A stretch of DNA of 64,000 bases from sequence record NC_054913.1; one strand, given 5' to 3'. The stretch comes from Escherichia phage F2. Position 1 is the first letter of the stretch, and the number at the start of each line of letters is the position of its first letter. This document shows, in pieces, positions 46,851 to 56,387 of the stretch. The position numbers and the translations under genes are program-made. The notes under the pieces are model-generated. The model did not search any database. It was not told the DNA's origin and saw nothing but the letters and a program-made list of their open reading frames with translations.

Positions 46851-47044
46851 ACAAGCCCTATAATAGCAAAGGCCAAATCAACTACAGTATCCAATGGAAC
46901 AGAAGGAACTATAATACCATGGGCAACTAACAATGGTGCAATCCAGAAGTTCCATGAAATAATGCCACCTACAACTATTGCAGCGATAGCAGTTTTCTTT
47001 TTATTGCCTTTAATAGCGTTGATTAACGATGGAAGTTTAAACAT
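46847..47044 (-). CDS. small hypothetical membrane protein (minus strand)
   Basis: Strong RBS AAGGAG 5 nt upstream on minus strand; hydrophobic. Confidence 0.5.
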   Translation of the reverse strand: MFKLPSLINAIKGNKKKTAIAAIVVGGIISWNFWIAPLLVAHGIIVPSVPLDTVVDLAFAIIGLV

Positions 47045-47075
47045 AATATCTCCTTAGTTACCTTATTATTTATTA

Positions 47076-47100
47076 TGCTTTATAAAATTAATGTTAGAAT
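47076..47100 (+). promoter_or_regulatory. T4-type middle promoter
   Basis: TGCTTTA 47076-47082, 12-bp spacer, tagaat 47095-47100. Confidence 0.55.
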
Positions 47101-47133
47101 TAACTCTCTTATACTGAATTGAAAGGAAAAATA

Positions 47134-47655
47134 ATGGCACACTTTAACGAATGTTCACAACTTATTTCTGGTGTTGATAAAGCAGAAGAAGCTTATTTTA
47201 ATGCCCTGATTCACGAAGATAAAGACCCGCTGCAGGTAATGCTTGATATGCAGAAATCTTTACAGGTTCGTCTGGCAAATGACAAGCCTGAACATAACAA
47301 ACATCCTGATGAATTGGCTACTGCTGGTGATGTTGTTGATTGGCTGCGTAATCAGAAAGATTATATTGATGATGAATTCCGTGAACTGCTGACTTCACTT
47401 GGTGGTATGAGCAATGGTGAAAAGGCCGCTAGCTCTGTATGGAAGCCGTGGAAGGCCCAGCATGCTGAATATCGAAATCGTCGTATCGATGAACTGTCTC
47501 CTGAAGACCAGCTTGAAATTAAATTCGAGATGATTGATATTCTGCATTTCGTTCTAAATATGTTCCAAGGTCTAGGACTTTCTGCTGAAGAAATCTTCAA
47601 ACTGTATTACCTGAAAAACCAACACAACTTTGAACGCCAGGATAATGGTTACTAA
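47134..47655 (+). CDS. 56: dCTP pyrophosphatase gp56
   Basis: MAHFNEC...DPLQVMLDMQ...LEIKFEMIDILHFVLNMF matches T4 gp56. Confidence 0.95.
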   Translation: MAHFNECSQLISGVDKAEEAYFNALIHEDKDPLQVMLDMQKSLQVRLANDKPEHNKHPDELATAGDVVDWLRNQKDYIDDEFRELLTSLGGMSNGEKAASSVWKPWKAQHAEYRNRRIDELSPEDQLEIKFEMIDILHFVLNMFQGLGLSAEEIFKLYYLKNQHNFERQDNGY

Positions 47656-47661
47656 TTAAGT

Positions 47662-47669
47662 TATAAATA
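47662..47669 (+). promoter_or_regulatory. T4-type late promoter TATAAATA
   Basis: Exact TATAAATA upstream of 47701. Confidence 0.3.
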
Positions 47670-47700
47670 CACCTGTAATTAAACAACAAAGGAGTTAATT

Positions 47701-47937
47701 ATGGGTGGTTATGTAAACATCAAAACCTTTACGCATCCTGCAGGTGAAGGCAAAGAAGTTAAAGGTATGGAAGTTTCTGTACCGTTTGAGATTTATTCAA
47801 ACGAACATCGGATTGCAGATTCTCATTATCAGACTTTCCCGTCTGAAAAAGCTGCTTATACAACGGTAGTAACTGATGCTGCTGACTGGAAGACCAAGAA
47901 CGCAGCAATGTTCACGCCTACACCAGTAAGCGGTTAA
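47701..47937 (+). CDS. hypothetical protein
   Basis: ORF with AGGAG RBS. Confidence 0.5.
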   Translation: MGGYVNIKTFTHPAGEGKEVKGMEVSVPFEIYSNEHRIADSHYQTFPSEKAAYTTVVTDAADWKTKNAAMFTPTPVSG

Positions 47938-47946
47938 ATAATTTAA

Positions 47947-47970
47947 GGAATCCTTCGGGATTCCTTTTTT
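47947..47970 (+). terminator. rho-independent terminator (UUCG tetraloop)
   Basis: ggaatccttcgggattcc + tttttt. Confidence 0.7.
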
Positions 47971-48037
47971 GTTTCTACAGTTTACAACCACTAAAAACTG
48001 TGTTAAGATATTCTTACTTACTCAAGAGGAGAACAAT

Positions 48038-48265
48038 ATGTTAAATCGTTGGATTAAACCTAATAACACATTAGGTGCTTTGATTGCTCAAGAAGTTTCG
48101 TTGAAATACGGCCTTGGATATTATGATGATGTAGTCGTACACTCGTTCATGATGGATGGTGAAGACGTCAAATTTAATGCCGAAATCCGTTGGGATGACG
48201 GTGGTGTTCGTTTTGTTCGAGGAACAATTAATGCTTACGATGCTGAAGAAGTTGTTTGCTGTTAA
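48038..48265 (+). CDS. hypothetical protein
   Basis: ATG 48038 with AGAGGAGAA RBS. Confidence 0.5.
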   Translation: MLNRWIKPNNTLGALIAQEVSLKYGLGYYDDVVVHSFMMDGEDVKFNAEIRWDDGGVRFVRGTINAYDAEEVVCC

Positions 48266-48278
48266 ACCAGGCGAAGGT

Positions 48279-48479
48279 ATGATGCCGATTCCTGATACAC
48301 ACGAAAAAAGTTGGGAATATATCGGCGACGGAATGATGGAAGAAGTTGTTCGTCCAAAAACAAAACAGGTTAATGCTTCAAGCTCTTCCGATTATAATCA
48401 TTCATACGTATCGTCTTGGCCTGGTGATTCCGGGTCAAGTTATTCTGATTGTGGTTCAAGCTCAGGGAGCTGCGAATGA
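48279..48479 (+). CDS. hypothetical Ser-rich protein
   Basis: ATG 48279 in track ORF 48156..48479. Confidence 0.4.
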   Translation: MMPIPDTHEKSWEYIGDGMMEEVVRPKTKQVNASSSSDYNHSYVSSWPGDSGSSYSDCGSSSGSCE

Positions 48480-48655
48480 ACAAGATAGTTAAATGGTTTA
48501 AAAGCTGGGACGATGGTGTCGGTCCAGAAGATTGGCTGGATGTTCTTGAAGAGAATATGGCTAAAGAATTCCAGAAACATGAAGAGAAGCTCGTCGAAGA
48601 TGAAGGCGAACGTATTGTAAAACTTTATATGGGTGAACCATCGAGGAAATTATAA
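48476..48655 (+). CDS. hypothetical protein
   Basis: ATG overlapping upstream stop. Confidence 0.45.
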   Translation: MNKIVKWFKSWDDGVGPEDWLDVLEENMAKEFQKHEEKLVEDEGERIVKLYMGEPSRKL

Positions 48656-49119
48656 TGGATGCTATGCTATTTAAAATGTATTTGCTTGAAGCCAAGTCAT
48701 TTAAACATATACCAGTGGAAGATAAGACTCCACTAGAAATAGCTATTCTCATTAACAAAAGTCTAAATAATCCGCAATATATCGTAGAAGAATTCTGCAA
48801 ATTGCAGATTCCTAAAGGTTACAAAATTCGTGTAGAGCGAGTTGGAGCTATTACTCGTTCTAAAAATTCTCCGTTTAGTCTTGAAGAAGGCATAAAGGAC
48901 TTAGGTTATGAATCTACGGAAAATGCCGTTTATGTGAATCCTGAAAAGCGTTTAGACTTGTTTGAAAAGCGAGATCACAAGTATTTTGCCAAAAAATACT
49001 TTATTACATCATTAGCAGATTTAATCCACTTGCAACGGGCTATTTGGAAATTTTTTAAGACAAAAGGCGTAGCACTAGAAACATTCTCTGAACCTGCTAG
49101 TTTTTATCTCGGTGAATAA
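48655..49119 (+). CDS. hypothetical protein
   Basis: 154-aa ORF. Confidence 0.5.
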   Translation: MDAMLFKMYLLEAKSFKHIPVEDKTPLEIAILINKSLNNPQYIVEEFCKLQIPKGYKIRVERVGAITRSKNSPFSLEEGIKDLGYESTENAVYVNPEKRLDLFEKRDHKYFAKKYFITSLADLIHLQRAIWKFFKTKGVALETFSEPASFYLGE

Positions 49120-49120
49120 T

Positions 49121-49300
49121 ATGGACCTGATGAGTATGTTTGATGAGCCCGAAGTTGAGGCTCCTAAAGTGCATCGTAGTGAACTTGTTGATGAACTAGA
49201 TAGTATTATACAACGTCACGGCTTTAGTTTACCTGTCGAAGCCCTGAAAGACCTTGCATCTTATTATGACGACCCTCCACCATGGAGTCCTTGGAAATGA
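49121..49300 (+). CDS. hypothetical protein
   Basis: ATG 49121. Confidence 0.45.
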   Translation: MDLMSMFDEPEVEAPKVHRSELVDELDSIIQRHGFSLPVEALKDLASYYDDPPPWSPWK

Positions 49301-49461
49301 AAGAGAAATTTAAAGAGAAATTCTTACTAGAAATCAAGGAAAAAGACTTTGAGATATGGTATCGAATGGTGAAAGGGTTGACATTGCTTTTTAAAGCATC
49401 CTTATTCATGTTAGAACAACCTGGCCCTGATGGGCCTTTAGTAGGAAAGCTTAAAAAGTAG
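49297..49461 (+). CDS. small hypothetical protein (54 aa)
   Basis: ATG overlapping upstream stop; below track cutoff. Confidence 0.3.
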   Translation: MKEKFKEKFLLEIKEKDFEIWYRMVKGLTLLFKASLFMLEQPGPDGPLVGKLKK

Positions 49462-49647
49462 TTTACATTCCCTCCTCTCGTGTTATGATAGGCTTATCTT
49501 TAAATGGAGGTCTATCATGACATGTCAATCTGAACTTCAAGAACGCGAATACCTAACAAAATCATTCATTTAAAAATGTTGAATTTTTAGTGTACAAACT
49601 CTTCCGATGATGATACTATACCTTTATCAACCACAGGAGAAACCTAA

Positions 49648-50256
49648 ATGTTTATGCCGTATAACGAGTGTGAAATTGAAGAAATGGTTCGTCGTGCTCA
49701 AAACCCAGAATATCAAGATGTATTGCAGTATGAAATTGATAGTCAATTCAGCGACATTGAACAAAGTGTACTGTGGCAGTGTATGGAAAACAAGCCAGAC
49801 TGTATTCAACAGGAGTTAAGTTCAATCGTTCGTAGAAATTGGACGTCTTCTGTTCCTGAGACAATGTATCGTGGAATCTCTAAGAAAACTATGGCCACAC
49901 TCGATGATAAAGGCATTGGTAGTATTATTAAATTTGACAGAGTAATGAGCTTCAGTCCGGTGTTTGGTGTAGCACGTAACTTCGCTTCATATAATTTTTA
50001 TGGAACATTTAATATGTTCTGCATCAAAGATGCACCATTTGCTTTCAACTTCCGTGAACATATGCTTAATATGATTCTGGCTGCACCATCTTGTGAGTTC
50101 AATGGAGCTTTCCCTGAAGCGACAAGACGGTCTAATGCTAGACTTATATCTGACGAATGTGAATTTATGCTCCCTATAGGGACTACACTGCGTGTAGATT
50201 CTATTATTCAAGATGGACGTTATACAATCTGGAATCTGTCTATTGTTGGTTACTGA
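49648..50256 (+). CDS. ADP-ribosyltransferase (ModA/ModB-like)
   Basis: R-S-ExE triad candidates: MYRGIS, SFSPVFGVA, DECEF; about 200 aa as T4 Mod proteins; GGAGAA RBS. Confidence 0.65.
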   Translation: MFMPYNECEIEEMVRRAQNPEYQDVLQYEIDSQFSDIEQSVLWQCMENKPDCIQQELSSIVRRNWTSSVPETMYRGISKKTMATLDDKGIGSIIKFDRVMSFSPVFGVARNFASYNFYGTFNMFCIKDAPFAFNFREHMLNMILAAPSCEFNGAFPEATRRSNARLISDECEFMLPIGTTLRVDSIIQDGRYTIWNLSIVGY

Positions 50257-50407
50257 CTGGATTGGAATAACCGGATGGAACTCAGAACCATTATAACACA
50301 TAAAAAATTAAAGCATTTTATGAAAAAGAGTGTACACTACCTGAGGGCATGATATTATAGACCTATCAGCTAAATGACCTAACGTCCGTAAGACAGAGGA
50401 AAATATT

Positions 50408-51154
50408 ATGTTATCAAATAATAAAATTAACAAAATCAATCGTCGTCTTGACCACACCAGAGCTTCTGCGAAGAGACGCTCTAAGGATTTTAACTTAGAC
50501 TTTAATTACCTTAAAAACATTCTTGATCAAAAGGTCTGCGCTTACTCAGGTGAATCTTTCAATAACTCTGTTGAAGGTGAGAAATTATCCTTAGAACGTT
50601 TTAATAACGATATAGGCTACATTAAAGGTAATGTTATCCCAGTTAAGAAAAAATATAACACGGCTCGTTCTGATTTAACATTAGAAGAACTTATTGAAAA
50701 ACGTGATGCCATTGCAAGACGTATCGCTAATCCTTCTGCCCGTAAAGTAGAGAAACTTAATCTCGACGAGAAGAAATGGGCCCAAATTAAAAAGGTTTAT
50801 GGTACTATTTTAAAAATCCGAGCAAAACGTGAAAATCGTGTTAAGCATATGGCGAACATGATGAAAAATCAACCTTTATCTAACGAATCTAAACTTAGAA
50901 TTGTTGCTTTGAAAGCACGCATTAATGGCTCACATCAAGCAGAAGGCCATGAACTTACTAAACTCAACGTTCTTCTTAAAGGCTCTGACTGGAAAACTAA
51001 AACTAAATTAACTGACGCTGAATCGCTTTTCGATACATATGATAAAGTTATCCAAGGTCTGCAACGTTTTGAAAAGATTGGTTTCATTGGTAAATTAAAA
51101 TTGAAACGTGGCTTACCACTTAGCGCATCATTATTCCAACTGATTAAAGGTTAA
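50408..51154 (+). CDS. hypothetical basic protein (Srd position)
   Basis: Gene order (between mod and dda) only. Confidence 0.5.
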   Translation: MLSNNKINKINRRLDHTRASAKRRSKDFNLDFNYLKNILDQKVCAYSGESFNNSVEGEKLSLERFNNDIGYIKGNVIPVKKKYNTARSDLTLEELIEKRDAIARRIANPSARKVEKLNLDEKKWAQIKKVYGTILKIRAKRENRVKHMANMMKNQPLSNESKLRIVALKARINGSHQAEGHELTKLNVLLKGSDWKTKTKLTDAESLFDTYDKVIQGLQRFEKIGFIGKLKLKRGLPLSASLFQLIKG

Positions 51155-51156
51155 TT

Positions 51157-51468
51157 ATGGTTTATGTATATGCAATAGTTTATCGAGATATGGAAGGATT
51201 TACTGTCCCGGTTCCACTTGATGAGCATCGTCCTGCAGTATTTTTTAGAAAGGATATTGCAGATAAAGTTTTTGATACTTTGAAAACACAGTATAAAACA
51301 GATTTAAAAATGGGAGTTCTAAGAATGGTCGAAACTCCGCGTAAGTTCTGGTTTAATAAGCTTGAAATGAAACACGTTAAACTAGATGCGGAGACGCAAA
51401 AATTGTATCAACGAATCCTGGACACAGGCCGTATTGTTAGTATTCCAATTGCAGGGACTTTACGATGA
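51157..51468 (+). CDS. hypothetical protein (dda.1 position)
   Basis: Gene order only. Confidence 0.45.
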   Translation: MVYVYAIVYRDMEGFTVPVPLDEHRPAVFFRKDIADKVFDTLKTQYKTDLKMGVLRMVETPRKFWFNKLEMKHVKLDAETQKLYQRILDTGRIVSIPIAGTLR

Positions 51469-52778
51469 CATTTGATGATTTGACTGAAGGTCAGAAAAAC
51501 GCCTTCAACGTTGTTATGAACGCTATTAAAGAAAAGAAACATCACGTAACTATTAATGGGCCTGCCGGTACAGGTAAAACAACCCTTACTAGATTCATCG
51601 TTGAAGCCCTTATTTCTTCTGGAGAATCAGGTATTATTTTAGCAGCCCCTACACATGCTGCTAAAAAGGTTCTAAGCAAACTCGCTGGTCAAGAAGCATC
51701 GACTATTCATAGCATTCTTAAAATCAACCCAACTACATACGAAGAAAACGTATTGTTTGAACAGAAAAAGGTCCCAGACTTAGCCTTGTGTCGTGTACTG
51801 TTATTTGATGAAGCGTCAATGTGCGACCGTTCTCTGTTTAAAATAATGTTAGCTAGTATCCCTAAATGGTGTACAGTAATTGGAATCGGCGACCGTTGCC
51901 AGATTCGTCCGGTAGACCCAGGCGAATCAACTGCGTATCTAAGTCCTTTCTTCACTCACAAAGACTTCGTGCAATGCAACCTTACAGAAGTTAAACGTAG
52001 CAATGCACCAATTATTGATGTTGCGACTGATATTCGTAATGGGAAATGGATTTACGATAAAGTAGTTGATGGACATGGTGTTCACGGATATACCGACCTT
52101 AAATCGTATATGATGAACTATTTTAACGTCGTTAAAACTCCTGAAGACCTTTTCGAAAATCGAATGATGGCATTCACAAATAAGTCGGTGGACAAGTTAA
52201 ATTCAATTATTCGCCGAAAACTTCTTGAAACAGAAAAACCATTTATTAAAGACGAAGTCATTGTTCTACAAGAGCCGTTTACTAAGACATATAAGCTAGA
52301 TGGTAAAAATATGACCGAAATGCTTTTCAATAACGGCCAATTCGTTCGTATTCGAGATGCTGTAGAAACGTCTACATTCGTTAAAGCACGTGGTGTTTCA
52401 GGCGAATATATGATACGATACTGGAATCTTACAGTAGAAACATACGGGGATGATGAAGAATACATCCGCGAAGATATAAAGGTTATTTCTTCTGAAGAAG
52501 AGCTTTATAAATTCAATTTGTTTTTGGCTAAGACCGCAGAAACATACAAATTTTGGAATAAAGGTGGTAAAGCTCCATGGAGCGAATTCTGGGATGCTAA
52601 ACGTATGTTCACTAAGGTGAAGGCACTACCAGTATCGACCTTCCATAAGGCCCAGGGTATGTCTGTTGACACGGCCTTTGTTTATACACCGTGTATCCAT
52701 TATGCTGATTCAGAATTAGCTAAACAGTTATTGTATGTTGGCACAACTCGTGGTCGGTTTGACGTCCATTTTATTTGA
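51465..52778 (+). CDS. dda: SF1 DNA helicase Dda
   Basis: Walker A GPAGTGKTT, Walker B LLFDEASM; 437 aa. Confidence 0.9.
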   Translation: MTFDDLTEGQKNAFNVVMNAIKEKKHHVTINGPAGTGKTTLTRFIVEALISSGESGIILAAPTHAAKKVLSKLAGQEASTIHSILKINPTTYEENVLFEQKKVPDLALCRVLLFDEASMCDRSLFKIMLASIPKWCTVIGIGDRCQIRPVDPGESTAYLSPFFTHKDFVQCNLTEVKRSNAPIIDVATDIRNGKWIYDKVVDGHGVHGYTDLKSYMMNYFNVVKTPEDLFENRMMAFTNKSVDKLNSIIRRKLLETEKPFIKDEVIVLQEPFTKTYKLDGKNMTEMLFNNGQFVRIRDAVETSTFVKARGVSGEYMIRYWNLTVETYGDDEEYIREDIKVISSEEELYKFNLFLAKTAETYKFWNKGGKAPWSEFWDAKRMFTKVKALPVSTFHKAQGMSVDTAFVYTPCIHYADSELAKQLLYVGTTRGRFDVHFI

Positions 52779-52787
52779 GAGAAAATT

Positions 52788-53465
52788 ATGAGCACTGATG
52801 TTATTATAGATTTTGAAACATTCGGCAATACATCAAAAGCGGCTGTTATTGACCTTGCGGTTATTGCATATGATTCCGACCCTGAAGTTGTTGAATCATT
52901 TGAAGAACTTGTTCAACGAGGTAAGCGAATTAAATTTAATTTAGCTTCTCAGAAAGGGAAGCGAGTTTTCGCTAAATCCACTATGAAATGGTGGAAAGAA
53001 CAATCGGCCGAAGCACGTAAAAACTTGGCTCCGTCTGAAGACGATGTCACTACGCTTGAAGGCATTAAAATCTTTTTAGATTATTGCCGAGCTAATAAAG
53101 TTGACCAATGGAAATCACAGATGTGGTGCCGTGGTATGAGCTTTGACTTCCCGATCTTGGTCGATTTGATTCGTGACCTCTATCGTGATGAAGGTGTTCT
53201 TGAACCAGATATTGATACTGATAAATTAGAACCGGTTAAATTCTGGGCTCAACGCGATATTCGTACTGCAATCGAAGCTTACTCGTTGACACGAGGATTA
53301 AGTATGTGTCCATTACCGATGGGTACGCTAAAAGGATTCGTTGCCCATGATAGTATTCATGATTGTGCTAAAGATATTTTGATGTTAAAATATGCTCAGC
53401 GTTATGCGCTTGGTCTTGAAGATGTCCCTGAGAATCCTGACCCGTTAAGTGTAAAACAGCGATAA
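52788..53465 (+). CDS. dexA: exonuclease A (DEDD 3'-5' exonuclease)
   Basis: N-terminal IIDFETFG exo motif, 225 aa, position after dda. Confidence 0.85.
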   Translation: MSTDVIIDFETFGNTSKAAVIDLAVIAYDSDPEVVESFEELVQRGKRIKFNLASQKGKRVFAKSTMKWWKEQSAEARKNLAPSEDDVTTLEGIKIFLDYCRANKVDQWKSQMWCRGMSFDFPILVDLIRDLYRDEGVLEPDIDTDKLEPVKFWAQRDIRTAIEAYSLTRGLSMCPLPMGTLKGFVAHDSIHDCAKDILMLKYAQRYALGLEDVPENPDPLSVKQR

Positions 53466-53470
53466 AACCA

Positions 53471-53500
53471 GTTTACAACCAAGGACGGTTGGAGTATAAT
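53471..53500 (+). promoter_or_regulatory. T4-type early promoter (repeated cassette)
   Basis: gtttac 53471-53476, tataat 53495-53500. Confidence 0.55.
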
Positions 53501-53531
53501 CTTTCTATCTTAACCAAACAGGAAAAACATT

Positions 53532-54026
53532 ATGAATATCAATACTACGGCTACTTACATCCTGAAAGACGAAAAACAAATCAACTGGTACGGTGCTTCA
53601 GTGCGAGCTTACGAAAAGTTTTGTGAAATTTTAGGTGCCACTCAAGGTAATAGTTTCACTATTGTTAACTTTATCAAACAAGCTGAAGGCCCTTGGTTAT
53701 TCTTAGAAATTAAAAATTCATACGGTACAATTTCTACTACCGCCATTCCAAGCACCGACTTTGAACTGTTGATTGAAGAAGCACCTGTTAAAGATGGTCT
53801 CCACTTTGATATGGATATCGCTTGTATGTACGGTACTCTGATTAAGCCTATTGAGCCTACTGATTTGTTGTGTAAAGCTGTTTCAATTCGACGACCATTC
53901 GCTGGACCGGTAAGTGGCTGGGTAACTGACCAGTGGATTGAAGATGGGGTTGAACTTCTGAACGTTGTTCATGCCGGTGATTTTAGTGTGGTTCCACGTA
54001 GTGCTGTGGTTAATATCCTTAATTAA
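53532..54026 (+). CDS. hypothetical protein, tandem paralog A
   Basis: C-terminal GWVTDQWIEDGVELLNVVHAGDFSVV shared with two downstream ORFs. Confidence 0.55.
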   Translation: MNINTTATYILKDEKQINWYGASVRAYEKFCEILGATQGNSFTIVNFIKQAEGPWLFLEIKNSYGTISTTAIPSTDFELLIEEAPVKDGLHFDMDIACMYGTLIKPIEPTDLLCKAVSIRRPFAGPVSGWVTDQWIEDGVELLNVVHAGDFSVVPRSAVVNILN

Positions 54027-54028
54027 TG

Positions 54029-54058
54029 TTGTACATCCAAGGATGGATGGAGTATAAT
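54029..54058 (+). promoter_or_regulatory. T4-type early promoter
   Basis: ttgtac -35-like, tataat 54053-54058. Confidence 0.45.
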
Positions 54059-54088
54059 GAATTCAACTTAAACAAAGAGAGAAAAAAT

Positions 54089-54586
54089 ATGATTACTATT
54101 GGTGAAATCCTTCGTGTATCTCCTGCTTCTCGTTCTAAAGCTGCAGGTCGTCTGGTTGAAGTAGCAGGGCTTCGTACTAACGGCATGGGACGTGTTAAAG
54201 AAGTTAAAGTTCGAATCATGCCCAGTTTTGGCGGACAAGATGCCCAGTATGCTTACGTAAGTCCTAAATTCCTGGAAAAACATATACGAGTCCAATTTGC
54301 TTCAAGCGAAGAAGTTGCACCTGCACACTTTGCTTCAAGCGATATCGTTGAGCCTAATGTACAGTTCAAATGGGCCTTGTGTAAAGGCGTTGAATTTATA
54401 ACCGATAAAGAATTCGATTACATCGACGAATACGGTTATCCAAGCACAACCGATACCATGTGTGGCTTCATTAGTGACCAATGGGTAGAAGATGGCGAAA
54501 AGTTATACAATATCGTATTCTTAGGTGACTTCCGAGTTGTTAAAGAATCTGAAATCACTCGCTATGTGTCTCCTCGTAAAGCTTAA
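54089..54586 (+). CDS. hypothetical protein, tandem paralog B
   Basis: ASRSKAAGRLVEV...GFISDQWVEDGEKLYNIVFLGDF shared with paralog C. Confidence 0.55.
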   Translation: MITIGEILRVSPASRSKAAGRLVEVAGLRTNGMGRVKEVKVRIMPSFGGQDAQYAYVSPKFLEKHIRVQFASSEEVAPAHFASSDIVEPNVQFKWALCKGVEFITDKEFDYIDEYGYPSTTDTMCGFISDQWVEDGEKLYNIVFLGDFRVVKESEITRYVSPRKA

Positions 54587-54595
54587 GGAATTATT

Positions 54596-55015
54596 ATGAA
54601 TATTGTAAATCTCTCTACAGGTGATTACGTATATGTATCTGTTGCTTCTCGCTCTAAAGTTGCCGGGAAGTTGGTTGAAGTTCTTTCTGTGAGTGATCCG
54701 GTTTTTGGACGTAACGAAGTTAAAGTTCGTGACGCTGATGGTAACATTGGTTATGTTAAAAGCCAATTCATTGAGCCAGAAGAACGTGTGTTCAAATGGA
54801 AACTGTGCAGGTCTGTTTTAGTTGTAAAAGACCGTGAATTCACTATTGCTGCGGCAACCGATGGAACGCCGTGGAAAACTAAGCAAATCGCCGGATTTAT
54901 TAGCGACCGTTGGGTAGAAGATGGTGTTAAGCTTTATAACATCGTTTTCGCCGGACAGTTCATGGTAGTTCCTGAGTTCCAAATCAAAAAATATTGTCCA
55001 GCATCTTTTGCATAA
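54596..55015 (+). CDS. hypothetical protein, tandem paralog C
   Basis: ASRSKVAGKLVEV...GFISDRWVEDGVKLYNIVFAGQF. Confidence 0.55.
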   Translation: MNIVNLSTGDYVYVSVASRSKVAGKLVEVLSVSDPVFGRNEVKVRDADGNIGYVKSQFIEPEERVFKWKLCRSVLVVKDREFTIAAATDGTPWKTKQIAGFISDRWVEDGVKLYNIVFAGQFMVVPEFQIKKYCPASFA

Positions 55016-55019
55016 AGTA

Positions 55020-55048
55020 GTTTACTTCTCCTCTAGATGTGTTACTAT
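55020..55048 (+). promoter_or_regulatory. T4-type early promoter
   Basis: gtttac 55020-55025, tactat 55043-55048. Confidence 0.55.
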
Positions 55049-55076
55049 AGACCTATCAAAACAAGAGGAGAATATT

Positions 55077-55304
55077 ATGAAACGTCAAATCATTAAAAAC
55101 GTAACTACTGATTCAAACATCGATGAGTTTGAAGATGTTCTGTTTAATCCTGATTTAGTTGTTGTACAGAAAAACTGGACCGAATTTTTATGCTACACCG
55201 AAGTGGTTTACGTTTACGAAAAACTCGGTGATGAAATGCCTATCTATGGCATCTTCCGTGAAATCACTGAAAACGGTACAACTTATTGGAAGGAAACTTA
55301 CTAA
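55077..55304 (+). CDS. hypothetical protein
   Basis: ATG 55077 with AGAGGAGAA RBS. Confidence 0.5.
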   Translation: MKRQIIKNVTTDSNIDEFEDVLFNPDLVVVQKNWTEFLCYTEVVYVYEKLGDEMPIYGIFREITENGTTYWKETY

Positions 55305-55714
55305 TGGCTAATAAATTCCGCGTTAACTCATGGTACCAATTTATAGATAAACGTGCCCAAGAAGAGTTTATTAAAGACCACACTGATAATGGGATTTATG
55401 CACGACGTCTTGGCATGGAACCATTTAAAGTATTAGATGTTGACCATCTTGGTCGTCCTACTAAAATTTTAACATCTACTGGCACGGTTGGATACGCAAC
55501 AGGCGGTGATATCCTTGATGAAAACTTTATCTGGCTCTCCACGAATGAAGCAGAGTTCTTTGACGAAGTTGAAAATCCATATCAAGCGTCTGAAGAGCAA
55601 GATTCTGGTGAACTTGGTGAATTGTCTGAATTTCCTGTGATGACGATTACTATCGAAAATAATGACCAGGCATGGTCTTTGTATCAAATGTTGAAAGCAC
55701 ATTTTAAGGAATAA
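55304..55714 (+). CDS. hypothetical protein
   Basis: ATG 55304 overlapping upstream stop. Confidence 0.5.
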   Translation: MANKFRVNSWYQFIDKRAQEEFIKDHTDNGIYARRLGMEPFKVLDVDHLGRPTKILTSTGTVGYATGGDILDENFIWLSTNEAEFFDEVENPYQASEEQDSGELGELSEFPVMTITIENNDQAWSLYQMLKAHFKE

Positions 55715-55716
55715 TA

Positions 55717-55896
55717 ATGCCATTATACGACTATAAATGTCAATCTGAAGATTGTGGCCATGAATATGAAAAAATTAAAAGAATTTCTGAACGAGAAAAC
55801 GATGTTTGCCCTGAATGTCATCGTCTGTCTACTCGTCGGGTTTCTGCTCCTAAACATGTGAACGGTGGTTTTTACGACTTACTTAAGAAGGGTTAA
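55717..55896 (+). CDS. small zinc-ribbon protein (59 aa)
   Basis: CQSEDCG...CPECH two CxxC pairs; below track cutoff. Confidence 0.45.
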   Translation: MPLYDYKCQSEDCGHEYEKIKRISERENDVCPECHRLSTRRVSAPKHVNGGFYDLLKKG

Positions 55897-55898
55897 TT

Positions 55899-56324
55899 AT
55901 GGCTTTTAAAGGTTTTGAAGTTGGTAAGAAATATCGTATTATCAAAGGACAGGAAGATAATTTCTTGAGAATTCTTAATACGACTGGTAAACGTCTTAAT
56001 ACTAATCTGCATACTACTTTATTGTCCAAAGATTTTATTGTAGAAGAGATGATTGGTTACGGTGTTTCGGTTATTGCCGTAGAAGCCGTAGGCGATTATG
56101 GCCGAACTATTCATAGTATGCAAGGTGATATTCTGCTTTATGGTGCAGAATTTAAATTCTTTGAAGAAGTTCCGGAACCAGATACAGCTGTCGATTTCAA
56201 AAAAGGCTCTGTAGAATTTGTTGATGGTTCGGTGATCGTATCAGGTGATGTGGTCATTACAGTTAAAAGTGAACAAGGGCGTTTGGCTGCAATTGATGCA
56301 CTTCAGAAAATTAAATTTAAATAA
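55899..56324 (+). CDS. hypothetical protein
   Basis: 141-aa ORF, followed by terminator. Confidence 0.5.
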   Translation: MAFKGFEVGKKYRIIKGQEDNFLRILNTTGKRLNTNLHTTLLSKDFIVEEMIGYGVSVIAVEAVGDYGRTIHSMQGDILLYGAEFKFFEEVPEPDTAVDFKKGSVEFVDGSVIVSGDVVITVKSEQGRLAAIDALQKIKFK

Positions 56325-56341
56325 GGGCTTCGGCCCTTTTT
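56325..56341 (+). terminator. terminator hairpin (UUCG tetraloop)
   Basis: gggcttcggccc + ttttt. Confidence 0.6.
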
Positions 56342-56365
56342 GCTTTAGATTTCGGATGATAGAAT
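56341..56365 (+). promoter_or_regulatory. T4-type middle promoter
   Basis: TGCTTTA 56341-56347, 12-bp spacer, tagaat 56360-56365. Confidence 0.55.
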
Positions 56366-56387
56366 ACCTTCATAACGAGGAGACAAC

